64,000 nucleotides of DNA. Source: the human T2T-CHM13v2.0 reference genome, Homo sapiens. A model generated the notes under the pieces. That model searched no databases. It was given only the letters and a program-made list of their open reading frames with translations, and was not told where the DNA came from. The stretch lies in assembly GCF_009914755.1 (NCBI RefSeq), contig NC_060947.1; one strand, written 5' to 3'. Positions within the stretch are counted from its first letter, which is position 1. Each line of letters begins with the position of its first letter. Below are positions 1 through 15,610 of the stretch, piece after piece. The position numbers were made by a program, and so were the translations under genes.

Positions 1-1690
1 GACCAGTAGATCAATGAAGAAATTAGAAAGGGAATTTAAAAATGTCTTGAAACAAATAATAAAGGAAATACACATAACAAAAACTATAAAATACAAGTAA
101 AGTAGTACTAACAGGGAAGTTTATAGCTGTAAGTGCCTACTTCAAAAAAAGAAGAAAAACTGCAAATAAACAACCTAACAATGCATGTTAAAGCAGTAAA
201 AAAGTGAGGGCAAACCAAACTCAAAATTAGTCGAAGAAAAGAAATAATAAAGATCAGAGCAGAAATAAATGAAATTGAAATAAAAAATACAAAAGATCAA
301 TAAAACAAAAAGTTGCTGTTTTTGAAAATTTAAACAAAAGTGACAAATTTTTAGCCATACTAAGGAAAGAAGAGAGAAGACCCAAATAAATATAAGTAAA
401 AAAAGGGAGACATTACAACTGTTACTGCAGAAATTTAAAGTATCATTTGTGGCTAATATGAGCAACTATGTGCCAATAAATTGGAAAATCTAGAAAAAAA
501 TGGACATATTCCTAGACACATAAAACCTACCAAGATTGGACAAGGAAGAAATCAAACAGCAGAACAGACCAATAACACGTAATGAGATAAAGTTCATAAC
601 ACAACATCTCCTAATAAGGAAAAGCCTGGGACCTGATAGCTTCACTGCTGAATTCAACAAAGCATTTAAAGGAGGCCAATCCTCCTCAAACCGTTCTGAA
701 AACTATAGGAGGAGGGAATGCTTTCAAACGCATTCTTTAAGGCCATTATTACCCTGATACCAAAACCAGACAAAGACACATCCAAAAAGTAAACTACAGG
801 CCAATACCCCTGATGATTATTGATTCAAAACTCCTCAATAAAATATTAACAAACTGAATTCAACAATACATTAAAAAGTTCATTCATCATGACCAAGTGG
901 AATTTATCCCTGGAATGCAAAGATGGTAGAACATACACAAATCAAAGTGGTACATTATATCAACAGAATGAAAGACAAAAATAATATGATCATTTTAAAT
1001 GATGATGAAAAAGCATTTGATTAAATTCAACATCCCTTCATAATAAAAGCCTTAAAAATCTAGTATAGAAGGAACATAACATAATAAAATTTGTGTATGA
1101 AAAACCTGCAGCTAGTATCCTGCTGAATGGGGAAAACCTGAAAGCCTTTCCCCTAAGATCTGAAATACAGCAAGAATGCCCACTTTCACCACTGTTATTC
1201 AAAATAGTACTGGAAGTGCTAGCTACAGAAATTATACGAGACAAAGAAATGAGTGAGATCCAAACTGGAAAAGAAGAAGTCAAATTATTTTTGTTTTCAG
1301 ATGATGTGATCTTATATTTAGTGAAACTTAAAGACTCCAACAGAAAACTAGTAGAACTGATAAACAAACTCAGTAAAGTTGAAGGATACAAAATCAACAT
1401 ACAAAAATTAGCACCATTTTGATATGCCAACACTGAACAATCTGAAAAATAAATGAAAAAGTAGTCTAATATACAATAGCCACAAATAAAATTAAATAAC
1501 TAGGAACTAACTTAACCAAAGTGAAAGATCTCTATAATAAAAACTATAAAATACTGATGAAAGTAATTGAAGAGGACTCTAAAAAATGGAGAAATATTTC
1601 ATGTTTATGGGTTGAAAGAATCCATATTTTAAAAATGCCCATACATCCCAAAGCAATCTACAGATTCACTGCAATTCCTTTCAAATAGCT
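1..1690 (+). mobile_element. Old LINE-1 (L1M/L1MA-like) ORF2 fragment, RT region, degenerate
   Basis: ORF remnants match L1 ORF2p (KSLGPDSFTAEF; QECPLSPLLFKIVLEVLA...LFLFSDDVILYL). Many stops and frameshifts. Runs off the window start and ends where an L1PB 5'UTR begins. Confidence 0.9.
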
Positions 1691-1717
1691 AAACCTTTCT
1701 TTTTAAAAGAACACATG

Positions 1718-4700
1718 GGAGAGGGAAAAAAAATGGCAGATAGGAGGCAGGACAGACTTGCAGCTCCCACATGGATGTTTGTTTCTTAATGCATGTGGAG
1801 ACTCACACTGTAAACTTTTGCTTCAAGAACTGTTGCAAGAACATACCAGGAAAGCCAAAATAATTCACAGACTCTTGGAAAGAAGTGGCTTGCTGCAGCA
1901 AACTCCATGAGAAAGCTGAAAAACTGTGAGTGCCCAAAGTGTGAGAGGGGAAATTCTGCCTCTGAATACAAATCCTCACTGGGAACCTGAAAATCCAGAT
2001 CCAAGCAAAATATAAAAGTAGACAAAGCAGTGGGAAGAACCCTGTAGGCACTCCCTGTCCCCTGGGAAACCCTGGGAAGCCATTTTTGCCTTATCTAACA
2101 AGGGCTTTGGGGAGGACTGCCAGTGAAATTTAGAAAGGACCACAGGGAGAAGGAAACTTCCAGCTGAACTTTGTAATGATTTTGACCAAGCATGAAATTT
2201 TCTGGGCAGAATGGGAGAGGGGTGGTGGTGATGGTGAACAGGAAGTGCAGATGTATGCACAGAAGCCATGGCAGGTGTGGAGGAGCCAGACCTGAAAGGC
2301 ATGCTTGCTTTCTCAGCAGGGAGACTTGAAGCCTGGGGCAAGATCTCAGCACTGCTCACTGGCTGCCTGGATATAAACTTCGTGCTCTTAGTGGGGCACA
2401 GTGTGAGTGAGACTGGACTTGCTGGCTGCATGTCAACTGGGTGAGGCTGGTCACTGCTAGCTTTCCCCCACCTCCTTGGTGACCTGTATGAGGCAGCAGA
2501 AGCAGCCATAACCCCCTTGGGAACCTAACTTCATTGACTTGAGAACTATACCCTTATAGCCCGCAGTGACCACCACAAGCCGTGCCCAAGGAGAGTCTGA
2601 GCTCAGACAGGCCTAACCCCATTCCCACCTGATGGTCTTTCTCTACCCATTCTAGTAGCTGAAGACAAAAAACATAATCTCTTGGGAGATCTATAGCCCT
2701 GCCCATCACCTGAGAAACTCAAATACTTATCCAGGAGAACTTAGGGCAAGCTTGTATTCCCCCTATACTACAGCAGCTGATGCTCTCTTGAAAGTGCCAC
2801 CTCCTGACTTGAGGCCAGCCAACTCAAGCCATTACAGCAACTCATAAAATAACAACCTTGCTCCAAGAAAGGAAAAACAACAACAACAGCTAATTCCACT
2901 TCCTGTAACATCCTGGCTAACCCCGAGATCTTGAGTCTGTCCACGTGACATCTTCACTGCTAGCACAACCAGCATTTGAGAAAACCAGCACACTAAACAA
3001 AACTACAACCAAGGACCCTCAAAGAGTTTACTTCGTTCCCCTGCTACCTCCCACCGGAGCAGGTGCTGGTATTCATGGCTGAGAGACCTGAAGACAGATC
3101 ACATCAGAGGACTCTTTGCAGAGACTCCCCAGTACCAGCCCCTAGCCTGATAGTTCTGCTGGGTGGCTAGACTCAGAAGAGCAATAACAATCACTGCAGT
3201 CTGGCTCTCAGGAAGCCCCATACCTAGAAGAAGGGGAAGAGCTTCACATCAAGGGATCACCCCACGGGAGAAAAGAATCTGAACCGCAGCCCTTGAGTTC
3301 CAGATCTTTCCTCTGACATAGTCTACCCAAATGAAAAGGGACAAGAAAATATTCTGGTAATATGAAAAAGCTATGTTCTTTAACACTCCCAAAAGATCAC
3401 ACTAGCTCACCAGCAATGGATCCAAACCAAGACAAAATCTGTGAATGCCAGAAATAATTCAGAAGGTCAATTATTAAGCTACTCAAGGAGGTATCAGAGA
3501 AAGGTGGAAACCAACTTAAATAAACTTAAAAAAGATACAGGATATTGACAACAAATATATAGATAAATTTATTTTTATTGTAAATCAAAACAATCACAAC
3601 TTCTGAAAATGAAAGACACACTTAAAGAAATACCAAATACACTGGAAAGTTTCAACAATATAATCAAACAAGTAGAAGAGAGAACTTCAGAGCTCAAAGA
3701 CAAAGCTTTCAAATTAACCCAGTTCGGCAAAGCCAAAGAAAAACAAATCACAAAAATGAACAAAGCCTCCAAGAAGTTTGGGATTTGTTAAATGACATAA
3801 AATAAGAATAATTAGTGTTCCTGAGAAAGAAGAGAAATCTAAAAGTTCCAAAAATCTATTTGAGGGAATAATCCAGGAAAACTTCCTTGGCTTTGCTAGA
3901 GATCTAGACATTCAAATACAAGAAGCTCAAAGAACATGCGGAAAATTCATGGCAAAATGATCATCACCTAGGCATACAGTCATTAGGTTATCTAAAGTCA
4001 AAATAAAGGGAAGAATTTTGAGATCTGTGAGGCAAAAGCTTCAGGTAACCTACAAATGAAAACCTATCAGATTAACAATAGATTTGTCAGCAGAAACTCT
4101 ACAAGCTAGAAGGGATTGGGGTTCTATCTTCAGCCTCCTTAAACAAAACAATTATCAGCCAAGAATGAAGGAAAGATAATGACTTTTTCAGACAAATGCC
4201 CAGAGAATTTGCCACTACCAAACCGGCACTACAAGAACTGCTAAAAGCAGCTCTAAATCTTGAAACAAATCTTCGAAATACACCAAAATAGAACCTCTTT
4301 AAAGCATAAATCTCACAGGACCTATAAAACAACAACACAATGAATAATAAACCAAGGAATTCAGGCAACAACTAGCACAATGGATAGAATAGCACCTCAC
4401 ATCTCAATAGTAACTTGAATGTAAATGGCCTAAATGTTCCACTTAAAAGATACAGAATGGCAGAATGGATAAGAATTTAACAATCAAGTATCTGCAGTCT
4501 TCAAGAGACTCACCTAACACATAAGGACTCACATAAACTTAAGATAAAAGGGTGGAAAAAGATATTCCAAGCAAATGGTCACCATAAGCAAGCAGGAGTA
4601 GCTATTCTTATATCAGAAAAAAACAAACTTTAAAGCAACAGCAGTTAAAAGAGACAAAGAGGGATATTATATGATGATAAAAGGACTAGTGGAACAGGAA

Positions 4701-7700
4701 AATATCACCATCCTAACTATATATGCATTTAATACTGGAGGTCCCAAATATAAAAACAATTATTACTAGACCTAAGAAATGAGATAGACGGCAACACGAT
4801 AATAGTGGGGGACTTCAATACTCCACTGACAGCACTAGACAGGTCATCAAGAGAAAGTCAACAAAGAAACGATGGACTTAAGCTATACCCAAGAACATAT
4901 GAACTTAGCAAGTATTTACAAAACATTCTACCCAATAGCTGCAGAATATACATTCTATTCCTCAGCACATGGAACATTCTCCAAGATAGACCATATGATA
5001 GGTCACAAAACAAGTCTCAATACATTTAAGAAAATCTAAATTATATCAAGTACTCCCTCAGACTATAGTGGAACAAAATTAAAAATCAACTTCAAAACAA
5101 ACCCTTAAAAACGTGCAAATACATGGAAATTAAATAACCTACTTCTGAATGATCATTGGATCAACAGTGAAATCAAGATGGAAATTAAAAAGTTCTTTGA
5201 ACTGGACTATAATAGTGACACAACCTATCATATCCTCTGGGATACAGCAAAGGCAGTGCTAAGAAGGAAGTTCACAGCGTTAAATGCCTGCATCAAAAAG
5301 TCTGAAAGAGCACAAATAGACAATCTAAGGTCACACCTCAAGGAACTAGAGAAACAAGAACAAGCCAAACCCTAACCCGGCAAAAGAAAAGTAATAATCA
5401 ACATGAGAGCAGAACTAAATGAAATTGAACCAAAAAATACAAAGAATAAATGAAACTAAAAACTGGTTCTTTGAAAAGATAAACAAAATTGATAGACCAT
5501 TAATGAAATTAATGAAGAAAAGAAGACAGAAGATGTCAATAAGCTCAACTAGAAACAAAATGGGAGATATTACAACTGATACCACAGAAATACAAAAGAT
5601 CATTCAAGGCTACTAAGAACATACCTTTATGCACACAAACTAGAAAACCTAGAGGAGATGGATAAATTTCTGGAAATATACAACCCTCCTAGATTAAACC
5701 AGGAAGAAATAGAAACTCTGAACAGAGAAATCAGTGAGATTGAAATGGCAATTTAAAAATTCCCCACAAAATTTCCAGGGCAAGATGGATTCACAGTAAA
5801 ATTCTATCAGACATTCAAAGAAGAATTGGTACCAATCCTATTGACACTATTTCACAAGATAGAGAGAGGGAATTTCCCTAAATCATTCTATGAAGCCAGT
5901 ATCACCCTAATACCAATACCAGGAAAGGACATAACAAATAAAGAAAACGACAGACCAATATCCCTGATGAACATAGATGCAAAAATCCTCAACAAAATAC
6001 TGGGTAACTGAGTCCAACAGCATATCAAAAAGATAATCCAACATGATCAAGTGGGTTTCATACCAGGGATAGAGTGATGGTTTAACATACACAAGTCAAT
6101 AAATGTTGTACACCACATAAACAGAATTAGAAACAAAAATCACATGATCATCTCAATAGATGCAGAAGAAGTATTTGACAAAACCCAGCATCCCTTTATG
6201 ATTAAAAGCCTCAGCAAAATTGGCATAGAAAGGACATACCTAAGATAATAAAAGCCATCTATGGCAAACCCACAGTCAACATTATATTATATGGAGAAAA
6301 GTTGAAAGCATTCCCTGAGAACTGGAAGAAGATAAGACTGCCCTCTTTCAGTACTTCTGTCCAACATAGTACTGGAAGTCCTAGCCAGAGCAATTGGACA
6401 AGAGGAAGAAATAAAGGGCATCCACATCAGTAAAGAGGAAGTCAAGCTGTTGTTGTTCACTGGTTATATGATTATATATCCAAAAAATCCTGAAGACTCA
6501 TCCAAAAAGCTCCTAGAACTCATAAATGAATTCAGCAAAGTTTCAGGATACAAAATCAATGTACACAAATCAATAGCTCTGCTATACACCAACAGCGACC
6601 AAGCTGAGAATGAAATAAGTACTCAACCCCTTTTACAATATCTGCAAATGAAATGAAATGAAATGAAATGAAATAAAAATAAAATATAATACTTAGAAAT
6701 ATACCTGACCAAGGATGCAAAAGACCTCTGCAAGGAAAACTACAAAGCACTGCTGAAAGAAATCATAGACGACACAAACAAATGGAAACACATTCCATGC
6801 TCATGGAGTGGTAGAATCAATATTGTGAATATTACCATAATGCCAAAAGCTATCTAAAAATTCAATGCAATTCCCACCAAAGTATCATCATCATTCTTCA
6901 CAGAAATAGAGAAAACAATTCTAAAATTCATACAGAACTAAAAAAGAGTCCACACAGCCAAAGCAAGACTAAGCAAAAAGAATAATCTGGAAGTATCATT
7001 TTACTCAACTTCAAACTATACTATAAGAACGTAGTCACCAAAACATCATAACACTGGTATGAAAATAGGCACATAGACCAATGAAACGGAATAGAGAAAC
7101 CGTAAGCAAAGCCAAATACAGCCAACTGATCTTTGACAAAGCAAACAAAAACATTAGGTGGGGAAAGGACACCATATTCAACAAATGGTGCTGGGATAAT
7201 TGGCAAGCCACATGTAGAAGGATGAAACTGTATCCTCATCCCTCACCCTATATAAAAATCAACTCAAGATGAACCAAAGACTTAAATCTAAGACGTGAAG
7301 CCATAAAAATTCTAGAAGATAACATCGGCAAAACCCTTCTAGACAATGGCTTATCCAAAGACTTCAGGACCAAGAACCCAAAAACAAATGCAACAAAAAC
7401 AAAGATAAATAGATGAGACCTAATTAAACTAAAAAGCTTCTGCACAGCAAAAGAAATAATCAACATAGTAAACAGACAACCCACAGAATGGAAGAAAATC
7501 TTTGCAAACTATGCACCCAACGAAGGACCAATATAAAGAATCTACAAGGAACTCAAGTAAATCAGCAGGAAAAAACAAATAATCCCATCAAAAAGTGGGC
7601 TAAGGACATGAATAGACAATTCTCAAAAGAAGATACACAAATGGCCAACAAACATATGAAAAAATGCTCAACATCACTAATGATCAGACAAATGCAAATC

Positions 7701-8238
7701 AAAACCACAATGCAATACCACCTTACTCCTGCAAGTATGGCAATAATCAAAAAATCAAAAAATAATAGATGTTGGTGTGGATGTGGTGAAAATGGAACAC
7801 TTCTACACTGCTGGTGGGGATGTAAACTAGTACAACCACTATGGAAGACAGTATGGAGATTCCTTAAAGAGCTAAAAGTTGATCTACCATTTGATTCAGC
7901 AATCCCACTACTGGGTATCTACCCAGAGGAATAAAAAGTCATTATATGAAAAAGATACTTGCTCCTGCAAGTTTATAGCACCACAATTTACAATTGCAAA
8001 AATGTGGAGCCAGTCTAAACTCCCATCATTCAACAAGTGGATAAAGAAAATATAGTGTATATATATATATAGCATGAATACGCCTCAGCCATAAAAAGAA
8101 TGAAATAATGACATTTGCAGCAACCTGGGTGGAGTTGGAGACCATTTTTCTAAGTGAAGTAACTCATAAATCAAAAACCAGACATCGTATGTTCTCACTT
8201 ATAAGTGGGAGCTAAGCTGTGTGGATGCAAAGGCATAA
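1718..8238 (+). mobile_element. Near-full-length L1PB-type LINE-1 (5'UTR, ORF1, ORF2 remnants), 3' end missing
   Basis: Starts with L1PB-type 5'UTR (aaaatggcagataggaggcaggac...). ORF1 remnants ~3330-4290; ORF2 remnants from ~4380 (GDFNTPL, LLHCWW...). L1PB-type 3'UTR 'gggagctaagct...gcaaaggcataag' stops abruptly with no poly(A). Confidence 0.9.
6647..6685 (+). repeat. (GAAAT)n/(AAAAT)n microsatellite within L1PB
   Basis: aaatgaaatgaaatgaaatgaaatgaaataaaaataaaat seen directly. Confidence 0.85.
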
Positions 8239-8469
8239 GGAAGGCATATTTTTAAGTTACAAGAGATTAGAGAGTGACTCAGTCTTCCAATGTAAAAAAT
8301 TCTGTAAAACTTTTGCTACTTGAGTTATGCCAATATGGACAGAGAATGTGGCACATTTCTAAACTCTACTTCTCTGATCTTCTTCTGTTACCCAACTCCA
8401 GTCAGTCAGTGCCCACTAATTTCTGGATTTTTTTAAAAGGGGGCTGCCTTTGTGTATAGTAACAGTAGA

Positions 8470-8639
8470 AAAATAGGGCAGACCCTATATGGAGTTTGGA
8501 GGGATATCCGATAAACTATTTCATGTTAGTTTTGTAGGATGAGCTGGTGAAATTTGGACTACAAGAAAGTGCAGATATGGGGAGGAATTCATGACTAATT
8601 AAATGGTTGGATTCAAAGAGTTGATTTTAATGGATGTAT
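8470..8639 (+). mobile_element. Possible CR1/L3 LINE RT remnant
   Basis: Faint resemblance to the CR1 RT segment (YLDFSKAFDKV.H...KL...GL...W...QRV.ING). Highly degraded. Confidence 0.3.
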
Positions 8640-8940
8640 TGTAGCAGGACGAGCCACAGACAAAACCTCCCAGACACCGAGTTGTAGAAGGAAGGGCTTT
8701 ATTCAGCTGGGAGCATCGGCAAGTTACTGCCTTGAAATCCGAGCTCCCTGAGTGCACAATTTCTGTCCTCTTTAAGGGCTCACAACACTAAAGATTTTAC
8801 ATGAAAGGGTCGTGATTGATTTGAGCAAGCAAGGAGTACGTGACAGGGGCTGCATGCACCAGTGGTCAGAGAGAAACAGAACAGGGCAGGGCATTCTTTT
8901 ATACAATGTCTGGAATCTATGAATAACATCGGTTTCTAAG
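8640..8940 (-). mobile_element. HERV-E/Harlequin LTR2-family solo LTR, partial
   Basis: Begins tgtagcaggacgagccacagacaaaacc, the reverse complement of the LTR2 3' terminus. AATAAA on the minus strand (ggctttatt). U3 start is missing. Confidence 0.8.
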
Positions 8941-10249
8941 TGACTGTTAGATAATATATTTACTGACAGAAGCCATGTGTTATTTCACCAAATGGGAATT
9001 AATCTCCTAAATTAGAGAGTTGTGTAGTTAGAGTTAACATAAGGCATTAGATGTTTTCTTTTGGATTTCTGGCAGGGAATTACTCATTGCTTAATAATTT
9101 GGGGGGAAAAATTTGCAGTGCCAGATAATGACATTTTCTCTTTAACAACAGCAAAATCCTTGTCATCAGTGTTTCTATTTCTTTAATTCCTCAAGGTGAC
9201 AGCTTAGCTCATGTCTAAGGCACTGTGCTGAGAGCTCTGAAAAAGCAAAACTCTTCCCTCTAGGACCTTCAAGCATTTACACAAATTACTTCCATGGTAC
9301 ATGGTGATCTATGAAAAGGGCCAAATGAGAGGCACTGAATATACAACAGGAACCCTGGGAAGGGAGAGAGGGAGGGACGATTATGTTCTGGGAAGGCCTT
9401 TTGAAGGAGGTGAGAACTTAATCTTAATTGCAGTTAAACTGCTAAAGACTTTTGCTATATCCTTTCTTTTTGGGGAAATTTAGGGCCTTGTGGAAACTTG
9501 TAAACATGGAACTTTGTAATCCCTATACGAGATAAACAAGGAAATTGAGAAAGGAAAAGTCACAGTCTGGAAATATTTTGCAGGCCTGTCTATGAGGCCT
9601 AATGCAAAGGTTAATTCAAGAGCATTCTTTTCTTTTCTTTTCAGTTTGTTACCTTTCCATAGAAATGAGAGCCCCCTGCTGTTCTCTGCCATCAGCTGCT
9701 TTGTTCTGCTAATCAGGGAATGAAGCTGAGAATGCCCCTTGGCTCTGGGAGAGGGAGAAAAGAACAGGTGCCAGAGCTCATGTATTGAAATAGATCAAGG
9801 GTCTGTTCATCACTCAATCATTCTCCAGTGTAAGATACTCAAGAACAAACAAGTCCACTGTGAGTCAGAATCTGCCAACAGTCTTTTTCCTAGTAGTTTG
9901 AGGATACTAAGTAGTTTGGCTAAGTATGAGTTGCTGTACCCTAGGTATTATACTGTTAGGGAAATTCCCCACTGTCTGCCAAACATTTCAACTCAGCAAA
10001 AATTAGATCTGAAAAATGTTGATGAGCCATAATAAGTTGTACATAGTGCCTTTTAAGAAATGAACTACTAAATATATTCTAAGCAAAGAAGCAGTTCTGG
10101 AAGAATAATGGCTGAACTTCAAATTTTAGGGTTCTCACCTGCTTGTTGCCTCAGGCCTAGCCCCTTTTCCTCAACTCATTGCAAATTCATACTTAACCTT
10201 CTCTTCTGCCCTAGTGAAAATATATTTTAACCGGGAGTCCATAAATGTG

Positions 10250-10410
10250 GGTGCTAGGTCTGGCTTTATCACTAGTTGTCAGTTTTCCCATCTGAAAAGT
10301 GAATGCCTAGCTCACAGTGTGCAGTTGTTGTGGATGTTGGATTTTTTGAGAAAGCTGCATGTGAAGGTTAATGGGCTGCACAGATACAAGGTAGTTATAT
10401 TATTACTTAA
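10250..10410 (+). mobile_element. MIR fragment
   Basis: MIR core-like cagttttcccatctgaaaagtg...ttgttgtggatg. Confidence 0.5.
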
Positions 10411-10544
10411 ACTCCATTGTGGAGACTAGGAACATTTGGAAATTGCCTTTACTTGAATGTTCAGTCTGAATAAAATTTGCCTCTGGATTAAAAGTCCTCA
10501 GCCTCAGGGAAAGACCTACTCTAGTTTAGTGTCTGTTTTTGTGT

Positions 10545-10700
10545 GTTCTCTCCCTGTTCCAGTCCCTCTCCTTCTCCCTCTCTGTCTCCCTCTTCTTCCT
10601 TCTGTCCTTCCCTTCCATCCTGCCCACTTCTCTCTCTCATACGCGGGCATGCAGGCATGAACACATGTATGTGCTCGCACATGCGTGTGCACACACACAC
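10545..10700. repeat. CT-rich low-complexity tract followed by degenerate (CA/TG)n
   Basis: Seen directly. Confidence 0.8.
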
Positions 10701-11869
10701 AGTAAAAAAAGGACAATTTAAAAAGGGCATGCCTTTTGTCACAGATGCTTACAGAAACACATAGAACTTTCAAATTTTATGGTATAATAGCCTTAAAACT
10801 TTTACTCTACCTTGAAGTTCAACTTTAATTGATTTTAATTATCTATATACAATTACTTACTTAGATTCTGTCTTCTTTTACAAAGAATTTGAGACATTCA
10901 GGCTTAACTTGTTCAAAACTTTAGGTGGTATTCAAACCAATGAAGACTGCTTGCCTCAAATCTTCAAAGGGAAATAAGAAGTTGCTGAGTTATGCAGCAA
11001 AATACAAGTGTTATCTTTTTCAGATTACACAAAAAGTTATTAAAAGCGGTAATTCAGATATTTCCTGTGAAATCTGCTGTGAACAAATTCATTACAGACC
11101 CATGTAGATTGTAGGGCTTACTCATGGTTTACTAGCTAAAAGTGTCATGGGGAAGAAAAGATATAAACAGAATTTTGCCCTGGTGCCATTCACCTGTAGA
11201 CCATTCAGTTACACCACTGAGGGAGAGTCTTAGGTTGGAGTCTTCACCATCATGTAAGGATAACAGATATTTTTTGAAAATTTCTAATTAGAAGCATTGA
11301 GCACTTCTGTAACTAATTTCTATAACCATATGTATAGGACTAGATGGGAAGAAAAAATATAACCAAATTTACAACAGATGGGAACATAACTTTTGCCTTA
11401 AATTGTTGCACCCCAATGTACTAATTGAACATTTAATCTTGCTATTGCTTATTGACAGATTTGTGTGTGCGCATATGTGCATGTTTGTATTCTTTCTGAC
11501 TGGACCCTAAACTGATTGAAAGCAGGATTCCATATCTTACTTTGTATCATTATCTTTATCCTTCATATCGTTATCTTTTTGTGCTGTAATTAATGTTTGC
11601 CAGAGGCTGCATTGTCCTATTTGGAAAATCTAAATTGTATAAGCAACCCTACCATCTCTGGTGTTACAGTTTCCATTTTCAATTTGAATAGTCTGGCTTA
11701 AAAAATATATTAACTTGGCCTTCACATAAGACAGTAAATAAGCATTTCCTTTTTTGTGTGTAAGGATGCACACAATTCAGCTTAACGACTGTAAACAGCA
11801 TAAATGCACAATCTTTAATTCGGCTGATCACGTTTCACTTTGCTTTTTTATAAAAAAAGATTATTTGTA

Positions 11870-12005
11870 TCTCTCTTTTTAACAGTTTTATTGAGGTGTA
11901 ATTGTTGCACAAAAATTTGAATGTATTTTATGTGTACAATTTGATGGGTTTAAACACATGCATACACCCATGTATCCATTACCACACGCAAGATAATAAA
12001 CATAT
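11870..12005 (-). mobile_element. L1M 3' end fragment
   Basis: aacagttttattgaggtgtaattg...tgtacaatttgatg...accacacgcaagataataaacat resembles an L1MA/L1MB 3' terminus in reverse. Confidence 0.65.
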
Positions 12006-13541
12006 TAAGGTTGTTCTTGATAAAAGTTAAAGATACTCATTTTTACTTTGGTGCGGTTGGGAGTTGCTGGATTCCACGTCATTCTGAGGTGACATGTGAC
12101 TCATTTGCACGCATTCACTCATGCAGGTGTTTTTGAAGTGGTATTTCTAGCCCAGATAAGGGAAGATGACTGTCTACAGAATTCTGAACAGCAGTTGTCT
12201 TACTCAGTTTCCTGTTTCACCCAGTTCCTTCTGAGTACTGTTAATAAAGGAATCCCCTTTCTGTTGTGCAAAGACATAAAATGTCATGACTTGACCAAGA
12301 TTATCATTGTTGACTTTTTGTGCTAGGGACAAATTTCCAGTTTTTTTTTTTTTTGATGGAAACAAGGAATCTATCCTTGCCTCAAACAAGAACAAGAGCT
12401 ATGTACTCACAGAAACTAAAAATCAAAAGAATTATCAAGGGAAGATACAGGGTAAAAGGATTATCAGTAGGGTCAATGGAAAGTATTAATATTTCAGACA
12501 TGACCTGCTCATAGTTGTCTTTTGTGATCCGAGTCTTTTTGAAAATGATAATCACTAAGGGATATTTTTCTTCTTGGGCATTTGTTTTTCCTTTATCTTT
12601 ATTTTTAACCTTCCTGTCTTTCACTATTTTATATTGCATCCAGTGTCCTCATCTTTATTTCGCTTGTAAACTCCTTGAAGGCAGAATGTGAGAGGTGGCC
12701 CAAGATACTTCTATGACTTCTCAAACTGGTCAGAGTTGCTGAAATTAGTAGCATTAATTTTATAGGCTATGTATTAGGGCATTACCTCTCTAGAAGGCTA
12801 TACTAAAATGCAGATTTAATTAGAGAAGAGAACCCATGAGCAGATTACCATAAATTAGGTAATTAGATTAGCTGTCTGCCTGCCCATGCCTTCACTAGAG
12901 ATGTTTGGATGCCATGAATGAAATTCCAGTGTCTAGATATTACTCAAGAAAACACAGGGATGCTCATTGTCTAATGAGAGTATGGGTAAACATTTTAATG
13001 GTTTTCAATGTGACATAATCAACACTCATTAACAGAGGTGGAAATGGGGATATTGTGTAAAACACACTTATTCAATGGTATTATGATTTTGACTCATCAG
13101 TTGACTATTTCCATTGCTTTCCTGTAAGTTTGGTGAAAGCCTGCCATGTTTGTCTTGTACACTATTCTATCCTCAGTGTCTACAACAGAGTAAGCCCTTA
13201 TGAAATGTTAAATGAATGAGTTTAAGTGATTGAACACAAAATGAAAAGTATATATCATTCAAAATTGGCAGCTTTTGAAGGAGTAATACTTTGGACATGG
13301 AATAGGAATAGGGATTTTATGGTGTTTACTAAAAATATGGAAACTTGGTGATGGAAAACCTCCACTGAAGTTATTAAAATTATCTTTCTTTATATTTTCT
13401 CTGCAGTTTCAGTGGCTGATGGTCACTGGAATGATGTAACTGCTCAGTGCTTTTCCTGCTTTGTATATTTCCAGAAACTCTTCTCTAAAATACTTCAGAT
13501 GGTGTGCTAACTCCTCAGAATGCACACCAATGATGTACTTG

Positions 13542-15037
<1,496 letters not shown>

Positions 15038-15199
15038 ACCAATGATGTATTTGATAGAGATTAGGTGAGAGAGGTACATCAGGAAGAGCCCAGAATGAAA
15101 GGTCAGAAGAACAAGTGGGCAGTGGTGATGTTGAAGTCACTGCTACTATGGGTTTATGGTGCTTATCACCCTGTACTGTAATTATCCATGTACAAAGTC

Positions 15200-15610
15200 C
15201 TACAGAGTGACTTTTTGGTCACTGTGGCTTACCAGTGGCTCTCTGTGGGACTTTGAGTCCCTAGTAATCCAGACAAGGTCTCATTTATATTTATATCTTT
15301 ACTGGTTAGCAAAGATTTTCTGCCAGCCACATAAAAGGTACCTGGTAAAGGTGTGTTGAATGAATGATAGAGGAACCTAAAGAGATGCTTTTTAGTATTT
15401 GTTAATTCATCACAATTTACTGAGCATCAGTTATATGCCAGGCATTATGATAGTCATCCAGTGTAAGACTCTTTCCTGTCCACAAGGCATTGATAGTTTT
15501 AGAGGGGTACAAGTAAATGAATAATTATAAATTTATGAGTAAATGCAGCAGATAAATATATGTGGGATATTACAGGAGCACAGAGTAGTCATACCTATCC
15601 TAGCTGAAAA
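15200..15610. mobile_element. L2 3'-end fragments (two, opposite orientations)
   Basis: ...tgttgaatgaatga (+) and attcatcacaatttactgagcatc...tatgccaggc (-) are L2 tail signatures. Confidence 0.55.

Noticed and set aside
1976-2509. 177-aa minus-strand ORF
   Set aside because: Lies wholly in the GC-richer L1PB 5'UTR; antisense ORFs are expected there by composition.
9620-9775. Strong acceptor ttcttttcttttcttttcag with downstream CAG|GTGCCA
   Set aside because: The donor is weak and all frames have stops; a (CTTTT)n tract explains the acceptor.
10640-10735. p53-like CATG half-sites / Z-DNA tract
   Set aside because: Half-sites are imperfect or unpaired and embedded in a degenerate CA/TG microsatellite.
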